Below are positions 19,728 through 28,686 of a stretch of DNA of 64,000 bases, piece by piece; positions within the stretch are counted from its first letter, which is position 1, and each line of letters opens with the position of its first letter. Where the stretch lies: positions 2,880-66,879 of the forward strand of contig CAMYNG010000006.1 of NCBI GenBank assembly GCA_947259765.1, in the 5' to 3' direction. The position numbers were made by a program, and so were the translations under genes. A model generated the notes under the pieces. It was not told where the DNA came from, did not search any database, and saw nothing but the letters and a program-made list of their open reading frames with translations. Origin of the DNA: an uncultured Ectothiorhodospiraceae bacterium (GTDB lineage Bacteria; Pseudomonadota; Gammaproteobacteria; CAMYNG01).

Positions 19728-20906
19728 TCAAGGTACTACGTAACCGTCAGTTAGCGTCTTCAGAAACGCAACCAGGGCCGCTTCTTCATCCGGCGTCAGA
19801 TCCAGAAAACCAACATCCGCGGTGATATCGTTGTCCACTTCGGGAGCCGGTGGGTCGTCAGTGTTGTAAAAATCCACCACCTCTTCAAGCGTCGCGAACA
19901 CACCGTTATGCATATACGGTGCAGTCAGTTCAATATTTCGCAGGGTCGACGTTTTAAATTTGCCGTTTTTCGTTGCCACCTGCACCTCGGCGCCTAATCC
20001 ATTATCGATAAAGCTCGCGCCATCAGGATTAAATGCCATGTCTTGCGTATAGAATGGATTGTTAGGGTTTTTCGGTACGCCAAGATTGAAGTAACGGAAA
20101 TCGGTAAAGGACGCCGGCGGGTCCATGGGTGCGGGTAAGGTTTCCGGAAGGAGATGACAGGTGGCACATTTACCTTTCTTTTGAAACACGTCAAGGCCGA
20201 GCGTTTCCTGCGCGTTCAAGGTCACCATTCCCTTTTGAAAGAAATCAAACTTGGAGCTAAACGGGTTTAGTTCCGGTGACTTTTCAAACTCCGCAATAGC
20301 CGTGGCAATATTGTCATAAGCGACCTCGCTGTCGGCAAAGGCGTCTGCACCGAACACGTAAACGAACTTACCCGCATACGCCGAGTTTCGAACCTTGTTC
20401 ACCACCGCGGCCTTGTCCGGATTCGCCATTTCGATGGGATTCAAAAACGGGCCCTTGGCCTGCTCAACCAGATCGGCGGCACGTCCGTCGAGAAACTGAC
20501 CACCCACATAGAAAAACACAGCCGGGTCCACCGCCGGATCATTGGTAAACTCAAATACCGGCGACAAGGAAGCATAGGCGGCGGTCGGCGTATTGCGGCC
20601 ACCAAAGCGGCCGGCCATAACGCCCTCGGATGTAGGCATATCACTGTCGGGGTCGGCAAAGCCAGCGGCCGGGTCATGGCAGGTCGCGCAGGCCTGTCCG
20701 GCCGGCGAAGACAGGTTGGTATCAAAAAACAGTTCACGTCCCAGCTCGCTCATGGTGGCCTGCTCGGGAACGATCGGTGTAGGTGTAGGTGGCGTTAGTA
20801 CCGGCGGCGGAGGTGAGCCGGCCGGTGCCGGATCGTCTGAACCCCCGCCACAGGCAGAGACCAATAAACCTGCCAACAGCACCGCTGGCCAAATTAACTT
20901 TTGCAT
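19728..20906 (-). CDS. Di-heme cytochrome c peroxidase / MauG family lipoprotein
   Basis: Lipobox VSAC, two CATCH heme motifs, RNTPT, GQFLDGRA, FKTSTLRNI..TAPYMHNG; start at the ATG after GAGGA. Confidence 0.92.
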   Translation of the reverse strand: MQKLIWPAVLLAGLLVSACGGGSDDPAPAGSPPPPVLTPPTPTPIVPEQATMSELGRELFFDTNLSSPAGQACATCHDPAAGFADPDSDMPTSEGVMAGRFGGRNTPTAAYASLSPVFEFTNDPAVDPAVFFYVGGQFLDGRAADLVEQAKGPFLNPIEMANPDKAAVVNKVRNSAYAGKFVYVFGADAFADSEVAYDNIATAIAEFEKSPELNPFSSKFDFFQKGMVTLNAQETLGLDVFQKKGKCATCHLLPETLPAPMDPPASFTDFRYFNLGVPKNPNNPFYTQDMAFNPDGASFIDNGLGAEVQVATKNGKFKTSTLRNIELTAPYMHNGVFATLEEVVDFYNTDDPPAPEVDNDITADVGFLDLTPDEEAALVAFLKTLTDGYVVP

Positions 20907-21232
20907 ACCATCCTCACAACAGACTTCGAATCGTTCACAACCGGGATGGGTAGTCCAAACCTGCATTGCGCCTAAAAGACATTACAGGTTAAGAGTTATT
21001 CAGATGGAAACGACTGGACGTGACCTGGATCAATCTATGAAAAAGATTTGCGTGCTCAATGTGTGGATATGTGAACCTATTCACGATCATTTCAGATGTC
21101 ACAACTGGGTAAACGGGTATTTGCACACACAACATGACGGTGCGTCATGAGATTGAAAACAGATCGATTCTGAAAAAATGTTTTCAGACCAAGTTAGTCT
21201 GAATTAGGGAAACTCTGATTAATTTCTTTGTT

Positions 21233-21398
21233 GTCATTCCGGCGCGCGACTCCATGGATGGAGGAGTTAGAGCGACGCACGAGCCCATGGATGGGCGAAA
21301 GTAGAACAATGCAGGAGCAATTGTCGAGGATGCCAATGCCGAGGCCGGAATCCAGTGAAATCTGATCGCTCCTGGATTCTGGCATTCGCCAGAATGAC
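21233..21398. mobile_element. REP-like palindrome carrying two nested 48-nt inserts
   Basis: Removing 21246-21341 restores gtcattccggcgc-aggccggaatccag; removing 21279-21326 restores the outer 48-nt unit. Confidence 0.85.
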
Positions 21399-21414
21399 AT
21401 CAATCGAAGCTTCC

Positions 21415-22740
21415 TTAGCGAAGGAACTTTGCGATCAAACCAAGATCATCGCCCGGTTTTTCCATCCCGATGTGCACGGTATGTCCGCCGCCCGGAACTT
21501 CGTGAAGTGCCACGCCGTCTGCATCCTGCATGGACTGTAATTCGAAAATTTGATTACCGCTGGGTAAAATCAGTTCCAGTTTGTCACCGACGGCGAATTT
21601 GTTTTTCACCGCGACTTCGGCTAGTTGTGTTTTTTCGTCATACGCGACGATTTCTCCTACGAAACGTTGGCCCGCGCTATCGGAGCGATTCTCTTCGTAG
21701 TTCTGATAGTTTTCGCTCGGATGGCGTTGTAAGAACCCTTCGGTGTAACCGCGATTGGCGAGATTTTCCAATACGCCAAGTAGACTCTGATCAAACGGTC
21801 TGCCGGCGACAGCGTCATCAATTGCTTGCCGGTAGGCCTGCGTACTGCGTGCAGCATAGTAGTGGGATTTGGTTCTGCCTTCGATTTTAAAACTGTCGAC
21901 ACCGATCCGCACCAGACGCTCGATATGCTGCACGGCACGCAGGTCCTTTGAATTCATTATATAGGTGCCGTGCTCGTCCTCTTCAACGGGCATAAATTCA
22001 CCAGGCCGTTCACGTTCCTCAAGCAAGTAAACGCGCTGCGACTCTGCATGTCGTTCACCCTGGCCAATACTGGCCGACTTTACTTGCTCGGGAACGACAT
22101 CACCGGCGTCGTCCGGTTTTGCCGAATGCACGTTGTACTCCCAACGGCAGGAGTTGGTGCAGGTTCCCTGATTGGCATCACGATGGTTGAAGTAACCCGA
22201 GAGCAGACAACGACCGGAATACGCGATGCAAAGTGCGCCGTGCACAAACACTTCCAGCTCCATCTCCGGGCACTGTTGGCGGATTTCCTCAATTTCGTCG
22301 ATAGATAATTCGCGCGACAGAATTATTCGGCTAACCCCCAGTGACTGCCAGAATTTAACCGCAGCGTAGTTGACGGTGTTGGCCTGCACCGAAAGATGCA
22401 CGGGTAACTCGGGCCAGCGTTCGCGCACCATCATGATCAGGCCCGGATCAGCCATGATCAGCGCATCGGGCTTAAGTGCAATAACCGGCGCGATGTCTTC
22501 GATGAAGGTTTTTACCTTGGCATTATGTGGCAGCACGTTGCAGGCAAGGAAAAACTTTTTACCCAATGTATGCGCTTCGTTAATACCTGCCGCAAGATTG
22601 GGCAAGCGTACAAAATCGTTTTCACGTACGCGCAGACTATAGCGGGGCATACCTGCGTAGACGGCGTCGGCGCCAAAGGCAAACGCATAGCGCAATTTCG
22701 TGAGGGTGCCGGCTGGGGCAAGTAATTCTGGGTCACGCAT
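21415..22740 (-). CDS. trhP: U32 peptidase family tRNA 5-hydroxyuridine modification protein (YegQ)
   Basis: PELLAPAG, GADAVYAG, HGALCIAYSGRCLLS, NQGTCTNSCRW, FKIEGRTKS. Confidence 0.95.
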   Translation of the reverse strand: MRDPELLAPAGTLTKLRYAFAFGADAVYAGMPRYSLRVRENDFVRLPNLAAGINEAHTLGKKFFLACNVLPHNAKVKTFIEDIAPVIALKPDALIMADPGLIMMVRERWPELPVHLSVQANTVNYAAVKFWQSLGVSRIILSRELSIDEIEEIRQQCPEMELEVFVHGALCIAYSGRCLLSGYFNHRDANQGTCTNSCRWEYNVHSAKPDDAGDVVPEQVKSASIGQGERHAESQRVYLLEERERPGEFMPVEEDEHGTYIMNSKDLRAVQHIERLVRIGVDSFKIEGRTKSHYYAARSTQAYRQAIDDAVAGRPFDQSLLGVLENLANRGYTEGFLQRHPSENYQNYEENRSDSAGQRFVGEIVAYDEKTQLAEVAVKNKFAVGDKLELILPSGNQIFELQSMQDADGVALHEVPGGGHTVHIGMEKPGDDLGLIAKFLR

Positions 22741-22995
22741 TGTGGCTGTTACCGGGTTCCAAGCCGCACAACTTTCAGGCATGGCCAGGTCGTACAGATT
22801 AATGACGAATAAGATCCGGCTATTTTACTTCCAAATAGGCTTGCAGGTACATACTACCCCCAGATGCGGTGGGTAGTCCCCTGGTTACCCCGATCCCACC
22901 AACACGGCGGGATGAAACAAGCGTTCGCGCTGACTATATTCAGTATAGAGGTGAATGCACCGTATTTTTGTGCGGTTTTTACCGGGAGGTGTTTG

Positions 22996-23733
22996 ATGCA
23001 CACCAGATTCAGTACTGTGTTGTCAGGGCTGGCTGTACTTTGCTTGTGCCTGACTAACGCGGTGGCAAACCAGGACTTTGATGCGCAGCGGCGGACGTTG
23101 GTTAAGGAAATTGAGGCAGATGTTACCGAAACCAGCCTGTATATCGGTCGAACCCGTCTCAATGATCGGGTCCTGGCGGCGATGGCGGAAGTACCACGAC
23201 ATGAGTTCGTACCGAAGAATGTTCGGGAGCAGGCTTATCTGAATAGGCCGTTGCCTATCGGCTACAGCCAGACGATCTCGCAACCTTACATTGTTGCGTT
23301 AATGACGGACCTGCTTGATGTGGATGCCAGCAGTCGCGTGCTGGAAGTCGGCACTGGCTCCGGTTATCAAGCCGCAATACTTGCCCGCTTATGCCGGTCG
23401 GTGTTCAGTATCGAGATCATCGAGCCATTGGGTAAGCGCGCCAAAGGCACGCTTAAAACCCTTGGTTATGGAAACGTCGAAGTGCGGATTGGTGACGGAT
23501 ATTACGGCTGGCAGGAACATGCGCCCTACGACGCGATTGTCGTTACTGCGGCCGCAAACCACGTGCCGCCCCCATTAGTTCGTCAGCTCAAACCGGGTGG
23601 ACGAATGATTATTCCTGTAGGCGGCCGTTTCGCCGTTCAACACCTGGTGCTTGTTCGCAAGAATCAGCACGGTGAAGTAACAAGCAAACAAATTCTGCCG
23701 GTACGGTTTGTCCCCCTGACTGGCGGGCATTGA
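22996..23733 (+). CDS. pcm: Protein-L-isoaspartate O-methyltransferase with a signal-peptide-like N-terminus
   Basis: VPRHEFVP, QTISQPYIVA, VLEVGTGSGYQAA, APYDAIVVTAA, VRFVPL; GGAGGT RBS. Confidence 0.93.
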   Translation: MHTRFSTVLSGLAVLCLCLTNAVANQDFDAQRRTLVKEIEADVTETSLYIGRTRLNDRVLAAMAEVPRHEFVPKNVREQAYLNRPLPIGYSQTISQPYIVALMTDLLDVDASSRVLEVGTGSGYQAAILARLCRSVFSIEIIEPLGKRAKGTLKTLGYGNVEVRIGDGYYGWQEHAPYDAIVVTAAANHVPPPLVRQLKPGGRMIIPVGGRFAVQHLVLVRKNQHGEVTSKQILPVRFVPLTGGH

Positions 23734-23737
23734 TCAC

Positions 23738-26206
23738 GTGCTCCCGACGCGGCCGCCGCTGTTTGCCATTGTTCTGGTCTCGGCCAGTGCGTTGGCGTAT
23801 GAAGTGTTACTGCTACGCCTGTTTTCAATCATTCAATGGCATAACTTTGCCTACATGGTCATAAGCCTGGCCCTGCTGGGCTATGCAGCGAGTGGGACAT
23901 TTCTTTCCCTGACACAGCAGCGCTGGCGTAAGGATTTTCCGCGAATATTCACGGCAAACATTGTTTTGTTCAGCCTTTCGGCCGTAGTCTGTTTTTTACT
24001 GGCGCAGCAAATACCGTTCAATCCCGAACAGGTTTTGTGGGATACCACTCAACCGCTGTATCTAACGCTAATTTATCTGCTCCTCACTGTACCGTTTTTT
24101 TTTGCCGCTAACTGTATTGCTTTGAGCCTGGCCTGTTTTGGCCGTGATATCGCTCGCGTTTATGCAATGGATCTTCTGGGTGCAGGCTTGGGTAGTCTTG
24201 CCGTTATTGGCCTGCTGTTCATTGCTTTCCCTAACACTGTTCTAGTTCTAATAAGTGTATTGGCGTTGCTTGCGGCGATAGTGGGCCAATGGGAGATGCG
24301 ACAAGCGCGCTTCGTTAGCGTGATACCCGTTGCCTTGCTGGCGGGTGTTTTACTCACGCTTCCAGACAATTGGACGTCACTGAACATGTCGCCCTATAAA
24401 TCACTTTCGCAGGCCTTGCACGTATCCGGGACGCGTATTAGTGAGCAGCGCTCCAGTCCGTTGGGGTTGCTCAGTATTGTCGAAAGTCCCAACGTACCCT
24501 GGCGTTTTGCGCCGGGGCTCAGTTTCCACGCCACCACCGAACCACCGAAACAGCTTGGTGTGTTTACCGATGGCGACGCCATGACTGCAATTACTCACTA
24601 CAACAACAACCCACTAACTTTAAGTTATCTTGCTCAGCAAACCTCTGCCTTACCTTATAGCCTCAGTACGCCTCGTCATGTCCTTGTACCCGGGGCAGGC
24701 GGAGGCGCCGGTCTGCTGCAGGCGCATTATTTCGGCGCCGAAAAAATCGAGGGTATCGAATTCAATCCACAATTGGTGAAAATGCTAACCCGTGACTATG
24801 CCGATTTTACCGGCAGATTTTTTACGCGGGAGGATGTCTCGTTGCATGTCAGCGAAGCACGCGGCTTTATCAGGTCCAGCGGAAAAAAATACGACCTGAT
24901 ACAACTTGCGTTCCTGGATTCCTTCGGCGCTTCATCGGCGGGGTTGTATTCTCTGAATGAAAATTACCTGTACACACAGGAATCAGTTCGTGATTTTGTG
25001 CGCCATCTGAAACCAAATGGATACCTGGCAATTAGCCTGTGGGTCAAGGTGCCACCACGTGATATGCCGCGACTATTTACCACCGCAGTAGACGCTCTTG
25101 AACAACTCGGCACCGACGCCGAACAACAACTGATATTGATCCGTAGTTGGCAGACCAGCACTTTGCTAATAAAAAATGGAAACATAACAGGTTTGGAAAT
25201 TAAAAATGCCCGGCGCTTTTGCAAACAAAATGGTTTCGACCTGGCATACTTCCCCGGCATAACACAAGATGATGCCAATCATTTTAATATACTTAACGAA
25301 CCGTATTTTTTTAACGCGGCCACAGCAATTCTGGGCAATGAACGTGAAGCGTATTTGCGCAACTACAAGTTTGATATACAGCCTACCACCGACGACCGGC
25401 CCTATTTCTTTCATACCTTAAAATGGTCAAGCCTGCGCGAGATTTTTCAGTTGCGTTACAAGGGCGGCATCGGCCTGATGGAATGGGGTTATGTGACGTT
25501 ACTTGCAACCCTGTTACAAGCCGTTATCGCAAGCGTAGTATTTATTCTTTTACCGTTATGGTTTTTCAACCGTCGCCAGGCTGATCGCCACCCGGCAAGC
25601 AGCAACGCCCGCTACAAGTTGAAAGTGTTCGGCTATTTTTTTTCCATTGGGCTCGCCTTTTTATTCACCGAAATTGCGTTTATTCAAAAATTCATTCTGT
25701 TTTTACATCATCCGCTGTATGCCGCGGCAGTTGCACTGGCGAGTTTTCTCCTGTTTGCCGGTTTAGGCAGCGCTTATAGCCGCCGTTTCGTGGATCAACC
25801 AGATACCTGTCGTGCAACTATTCGCATAATCCGCCGCGTGGTCCTTTTGATCGGCTTGGTCACAATGATTTACCTGCTCATGTTGGGGTCGGTATTCGAG
25901 GCATTGATCGCACTCCCCGTTTGGCAAAAGGCACTATTGGCGGTTTCCTTAATCGCACCGCTGGCTTTCTTGATGGGAATACCATTCCCGCTGGCGTTGT
26001 GCCAGGTAAGCGCGCAAGATAACGCGCTTGTACCGTGGGCCTGGGCCATTAACGGTTGCGCCTCCGTGATCAGCGCGGTGCTCGCAACACTGTTTGCAAT
26101 TCATTTCGGAATCTCGGTTGTTATTCTCCTGGCGTTTGGCTTGTATCTGCTTGCGTCTCTGCTCTTTCCCGAAAGTTCAAAACGGGCACGTATAGCGCCT
26201 TCCTGA
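23738..26206 (+). CDS. Polytopic membrane protein with a central spermidine-synthase-like SAM-dependent domain
   Basis: About 7 N-terminal and 6-7 C-terminal TM helices; VLVPGAGGG, EGIEFNP, EARGFI, YDLIQ, PTTDDRPYF, WAWAING. Confidence 0.85.
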   Translation: MLPTRPPLFAIVLVSASALAYEVLLLRLFSIIQWHNFAYMVISLALLGYAASGTFLSLTQQRWRKDFPRIFTANIVLFSLSAVVCFLLAQQIPFNPEQVLWDTTQPLYLTLIYLLLTVPFFFAANCIALSLACFGRDIARVYAMDLLGAGLGSLAVIGLLFIAFPNTVLVLISVLALLAAIVGQWEMRQARFVSVIPVALLAGVLLTLPDNWTSLNMSPYKSLSQALHVSGTRISEQRSSPLGLLSIVESPNVPWRFAPGLSFHATTEPPKQLGVFTDGDAMTAITHYNNNPLTLSYLAQQTSALPYSLSTPRHVLVPGAGGGAGLLQAHYFGAEKIEGIEFNPQLVKMLTRDYADFTGRFFTREDVSLHVSEARGFIRSSGKKYDLIQLAFLDSFGASSAGLYSLNENYLYTQESVRDFVRHLKPNGYLAISLWVKVPPRDMPRLFTTAVDALEQLGTDAEQQLILIRSWQTSTLLIKNGNITGLEIKNARRFCKQNGFDLAYFPGITQDDANHFNILNEPYFFNAATAILGNEREAYLRNYKFDIQPTTDDRPYFFHTLKWSSLREIFQLRYKGGIGLMEWGYVTLLATLLQAVIASVVFILLPLWFFNRRQADRHPASSNARYKLKVFGYFFSIGLAFLFTEIAFIQKFILFLHHPLYAAAVALASFLLFAGLGSAYSRRFVDQPDTCRATIRIIRRVVLLIGLVTMIYLLMLGSVFEALIALPVWQKALLAVSLIAPLAFLMGIPFPLALCQVSAQDNALVPWAWAINGCASVISAVLATLFAIHFGISVVILLAFGLYLLASLLFPESSKRARIAPS

Positions 26207-26376
26207 ATGTCGTATACCCGACATTAACGCGCTTGAAACATACCGCTGGTAGTCTGTGCGCGGTTTAAATTTCAGATTTGTGCGCGATTTGGTAGAAACT
26301 TCCCACGCCGGTCAATATCTTGTAGACTGCGCGGCGCGGGAAGCGCGGTGTACACAAAAAACATGGAGAAGGGACT

Positions 26377-26553
26377 ATGAGTACAAGCAGTGGAGCATGG
26401 GAACGCACAGCAATTATTTTTTTGGCGGTATTTACAGTCGGCGTAGTAACAGCCTCCTACGATGAAGAACCGACCTATGAAGAACCAACCTCGGTTCAGT
26501 CAGGTTCTACGGGTAAAGTTGAAACCAACCCGTCTGACAGTCTCGGGGGGTAA
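26377..26553 (+). CDS. Small single-TM or secreted protein (58 aa, below the ORF-track cutoff)
   Basis: RBS ggagaaggga; MSTSSGAWERTAIIFLAVFTVGVVTASYDEEPTYEEPTSVQSGSTGKVETNPSDSLGG; followed by a hairpin. Confidence 0.55.
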   Translation: MSTSSGAWERTAIIFLAVFTVGVVTASYDEEPTYEEPTSVQSGSTGKVETNPSDSLGG

Positions 26554-26632
26554 CCTCGCCAGTCAACGAAACTCCAATTACTAAAATACATAATCAGTCG
26601 CAATAGCAGCCCGAATCGAGTTTTTAGGGCCT

Positions 26633-26662
26633 GACCGAGAGATCCACTCGGATCTCTCGGTC
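26633..26662. terminator. Perfect 13-bp hairpin between convergent genes
   Basis: gaccgagagatcc-actc-ggatctctcggtc. Confidence 0.6.
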
Positions 26663-26700
26663 GCTACTCTCGCGTAAACTGCCAAATCCTTGACCGCGCC

Positions 26701-27129
26701 TTAGGGCCGCCAGTACTTATATCCCTGCATTTGTAAACGAATCGCCTCCGGCGCACCGGCTGGTACGTAATCAACTTCCAGCGGAAATTGGTTTTCCTTC
26801 AGGTCCCAGGCTCGCATGCTGATGCGGCAGGCCTTAAAGATCACGCCGCGGTTAGCCAGCTTCACAAGCAATTGTGACGTCTCCTTGTTGTTCGCCAGCA
26901 AGGCATGAATGCCCGCTTCATAGGCCACCACTTCAATACGTAATTTGTCCTCACCGATATCATCCAGCACTTTGTCAATTTGCATGAAGGCACGTCGGTG
27001 ACCGTAGTTATCGCCGCTGCGCGTTAGCTGCATGACGAAGGGCACGGACTCTTGGCCGGACTTTACGGACGGCGCAAGACCCGCAAGTAATGCGATGGAC
27101 AATAGAAATACAAAAACTTGTGGTTTCAC
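26701..27129 (-). CDS. Exported DsrE family protein
   Basis: Signal peptide; IEVVAY..GI..L, GVIFKACRISM, VPAGAPEAIRLQMQGYKYWRP. Confidence 0.8.
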   Translation of the reverse strand: MKPQVFVFLLSIALLAGLAPSVKSGQESVPFVMQLTRSGDNYGHRRAFMQIDKVLDDIGEDKLRIEVVAYEAGIHALLANNKETSQLLVKLANRGVIFKACRISMRAWDLKENQFPLEVDYVPAGAPEAIRLQMQGYKYWRP

Positions 27130-27248
27130 CCTAAATTCCTCGTGTTGGCAATAGTCGCTTAAACCGCTATTTCTAAGTCCGCGTAGGAACTAAAAACGCA
27201 GGCGATGCCAATTCGACGTGCGCATTGGCAAAAAGTTTTGTCGCTATT

Positions 27249-27274
27249 GTAACCAAGCTCGAACCTTGCTCGTC
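27249..27274 (+). promoter_or_regulatory. Putative ECF sigma factor promoter
   Basis: GTAACC-N16-CGTC, 46 nt upstream of the lipoprotein gene that precedes the ECF gene; matches the generic AAC/CGT ECF pattern. Confidence 0.55.
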
Positions 27275-27320
27275 TCTTTCCCCGGGTGCAACGCGATTTA
27301 ATTTAAAACAGGGGATAAGC

Positions 27321-28607
27321 ATGCGTAATCTAAACACTTTTTTGATTGTTTCATTAACCGGTCTGCTGCTGGCCGCTTGTGGGGGCGGGGGTGATGGCGA
27401 TCCGCCGCCCATCGCCGGCCCAGACAACCCGCCGGTGACCACGCCACCGGACGGAATCTCAGGGGTCGTGGTCGCACCGGACAGCCTCACCCCGGTGGCT
27501 GGTGCGACGATTTTTGTTGCCGTGAACGAGGCCACGGCCCAGGACTTGACGGCCACCTCAGGATTAGCTTCCAAGGCAATGTCGGCCGCGATCGAGATTG
27601 CCTGCCCACCGCCAACTGAGAATTACCTCGTTTACACCTGCTCCAAATCCGACGGCAGTTTTGTGCTGGACACCAAAGATCTATCGGCAACCGAGATGAC
27701 TTTAAGCATTAAAAAGAGCTTCTTCAGCAAAACGGTTCCTGTCACGCTTGAGAACGGTATTGCCGCGCTGGGTAATGTTGCCCTGCCCGCCGACCCGGCA
27801 GCCGGGGCCGCCCGCTTTGCGGTAGTGCAGGGTTTGTTTGACCGCATGGAAGACATTTTAGCGAAAATGGGCATGGGTCAGTTGGATATGACCACGTATC
27901 AATTGGTGCCCGGCAGCGAAACTTTTGCCCTGCTGGCAGACATGACGCCGCTGTTCATGGATGCCGATGCCGATGGTAAACCGGACATCTATCAGTTTGA
28001 TGTGGTGTTTATCAACTGTGGCCAAATAAGTGAAATCGAAATTCTCGCTAACGCCACCTACCGTCAAGTGCTTGCGGATTACGTAACTCAAGGCGGTGTG
28101 TTGTATGTAACCGACCAGGCCTATGATTTTGTCGAGCAGGTGTTTCCGGATTATATCGATTTTCTTGGCGAAGATGCGGTACCCGCAAACACACCTGAGG
28201 GCTTGAACCAGGCACAACTGGGATTTGGCAACATTAACGTCACTGCAAATGTCGGAAATTCTCTACTCAGTCAGTGGTTGGCAACCGTAACCTGTACCGA
28301 CGGCCCGTGCGTAAATCCGGACGGCACCGTCGCCATCGCCGGGTTCCTGTCCGCCTGGACGGTCTTCAACGGCAGTCATGCCGCACAATCCGCCAATGTT
28401 ACGAGCTGGGTCAATGGACCGGTAAGCTGGTTTAATATTCTTGACCCTACCTCACCGAATACACAGGGCGACAAGCCGTTAACCGTGACCCTGAAAATCG
28501 GCAACGGCAAGGTGCTATTTTCCTCGTATCACACCGACGAACTGCTACCGAGTGCCGGCTTTCACCCGCAAGAACGCATTCTGCAGTACTTGGTATTTGA
28601 ATTGTAA
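27321..28607 (+). CDS. Lipoprotein with an N-terminal beta-sandwich (carboxypeptidase-regulatory-like) domain and a C-terminal alpha/beta domain
   Basis: Lipobox LAAC-GGGG; GISGVVVAPD..TPVAGATI; FDVVFINCG, GGVLYVTD, GKVLFSSYH. Confidence 0.75.
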   Translation: MRNLNTFLIVSLTGLLLAACGGGGDGDPPPIAGPDNPPVTTPPDGISGVVVAPDSLTPVAGATIFVAVNEATAQDLTATSGLASKAMSAAIEIACPPPTENYLVYTCSKSDGSFVLDTKDLSATEMTLSIKKSFFSKTVPVTLENGIAALGNVALPADPAAGAARFAVVQGLFDRMEDILAKMGMGQLDMTTYQLVPGSETFALLADMTPLFMDADADGKPDIYQFDVVFINCGQISEIEILANATYRQVLADYVTQGGVLYVTDQAYDFVEQVFPDYIDFLGEDAVPANTPEGLNQAQLGFGNINVTANVGNSLLSQWLATVTCTDGPCVNPDGTVAIAGFLSAWTVFNGSHAAQSANVTSWVNGPVSWFNILDPTSPNTQGDKPLTVTLKIGNGKVLFSSYHTDELLPSAGFHPQERILQYLVFEL

Positions 28608-28686
28608 AACGCTAGGGTAAGGCGGGATGGATTCCTGCCCGGTTCTTTCGGGCAGGACGTTTTAAATCAGTAGGGACTTTCCGATT

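Noticed and set aside
22996-23733. PIMT as an aspartimide-forming tailoring enzyme for the ATP-grasp cluster
   Set aside because: It is 23 kb away, has its own operon partner and lacks the C-terminal extension of RiPP-associated PIMTs
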